This document shows positions 33,686-33,697 of a stretch of 33,697 nucleotides of DNA, piece after piece (within the stretch, counting starts at the first letter, position 1; each line of letters begins with the position of its first letter). Both the position numbers and the translations under genes were made by a program. Below the pieces are notes generated by a model, which was given only the letters and a program-made list of their open reading frames with translations, searched no databases and was not told where the DNA came from. Location of the stretch: positions 1 through 33,697 of IMG/VR virus record IMGVR_UViG_3300044644_000765. The stretch is one strand, 5' to 3'. The stretch comes from a virus. Its lineage: Duplodnaviria; Caudoviricetes.

Positions 33686-33697
33686 TTATGAAAGTAA
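33571..33697. repeat. Terminal direct repeat, right copy
   Basis: Identical to 1-127. Confidence 0.95.

Noticed and set aside
1-33697. Lysogeny module, CRISPR array, tRNA, stop-codon recoding
   Set aside because: No integrase or divergent repressor, no repeat-spacer array and no cloverleaf seen; genes tile densely under the standard code

Overview
Apparently complete, circularly permuted ~33.57 kb genome of a tailed dsDNA phage. Bases 1-127 are repeated exactly at 33571-33697, which looks like an assembly overlap. The genome is AT-rich and every credible gene is on the + strand. Repeated TTG-N19/20-TAnnTTTG promoters point to a Bacteroidota (Flavobacteria-like) host. Modules: lysis (345-1693); early/accessory and nucleotide metabolism (1773-6458); replication (6637-8901); recombination and more nucleotide metabolism (10228-14747); packaging and siphovirus-like morphogenesis in a non-canonical order (15331-33685). 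No integrase, DNA polymerase, tRNA or CRISPR array was recognised. Main leads: (1) a ThyA-fold enzyme with Asp at the uracil/cytosine specificity position (E. coli N177), next to NTP pyrophosphatases and alongside a separate ThyX, suggesting a dCMP-methylation/modified-cytosine pathway; (2) a single-gene cassette between two attC-like hairpins whose outer arms are reciprocally swapped, as expected after site-specific insertion, with no integrase present; (3) a kissing-loop leader RNA before the replication operon; (4) a T4 T-like holin candidate with a GAF domain; (5) a recurring RTAAC-N17-GTTWY operator over early promoters; (6) a displaced -1 frameshift tail chaperone. Family assignments come from motif recognition by eye, not database searches.
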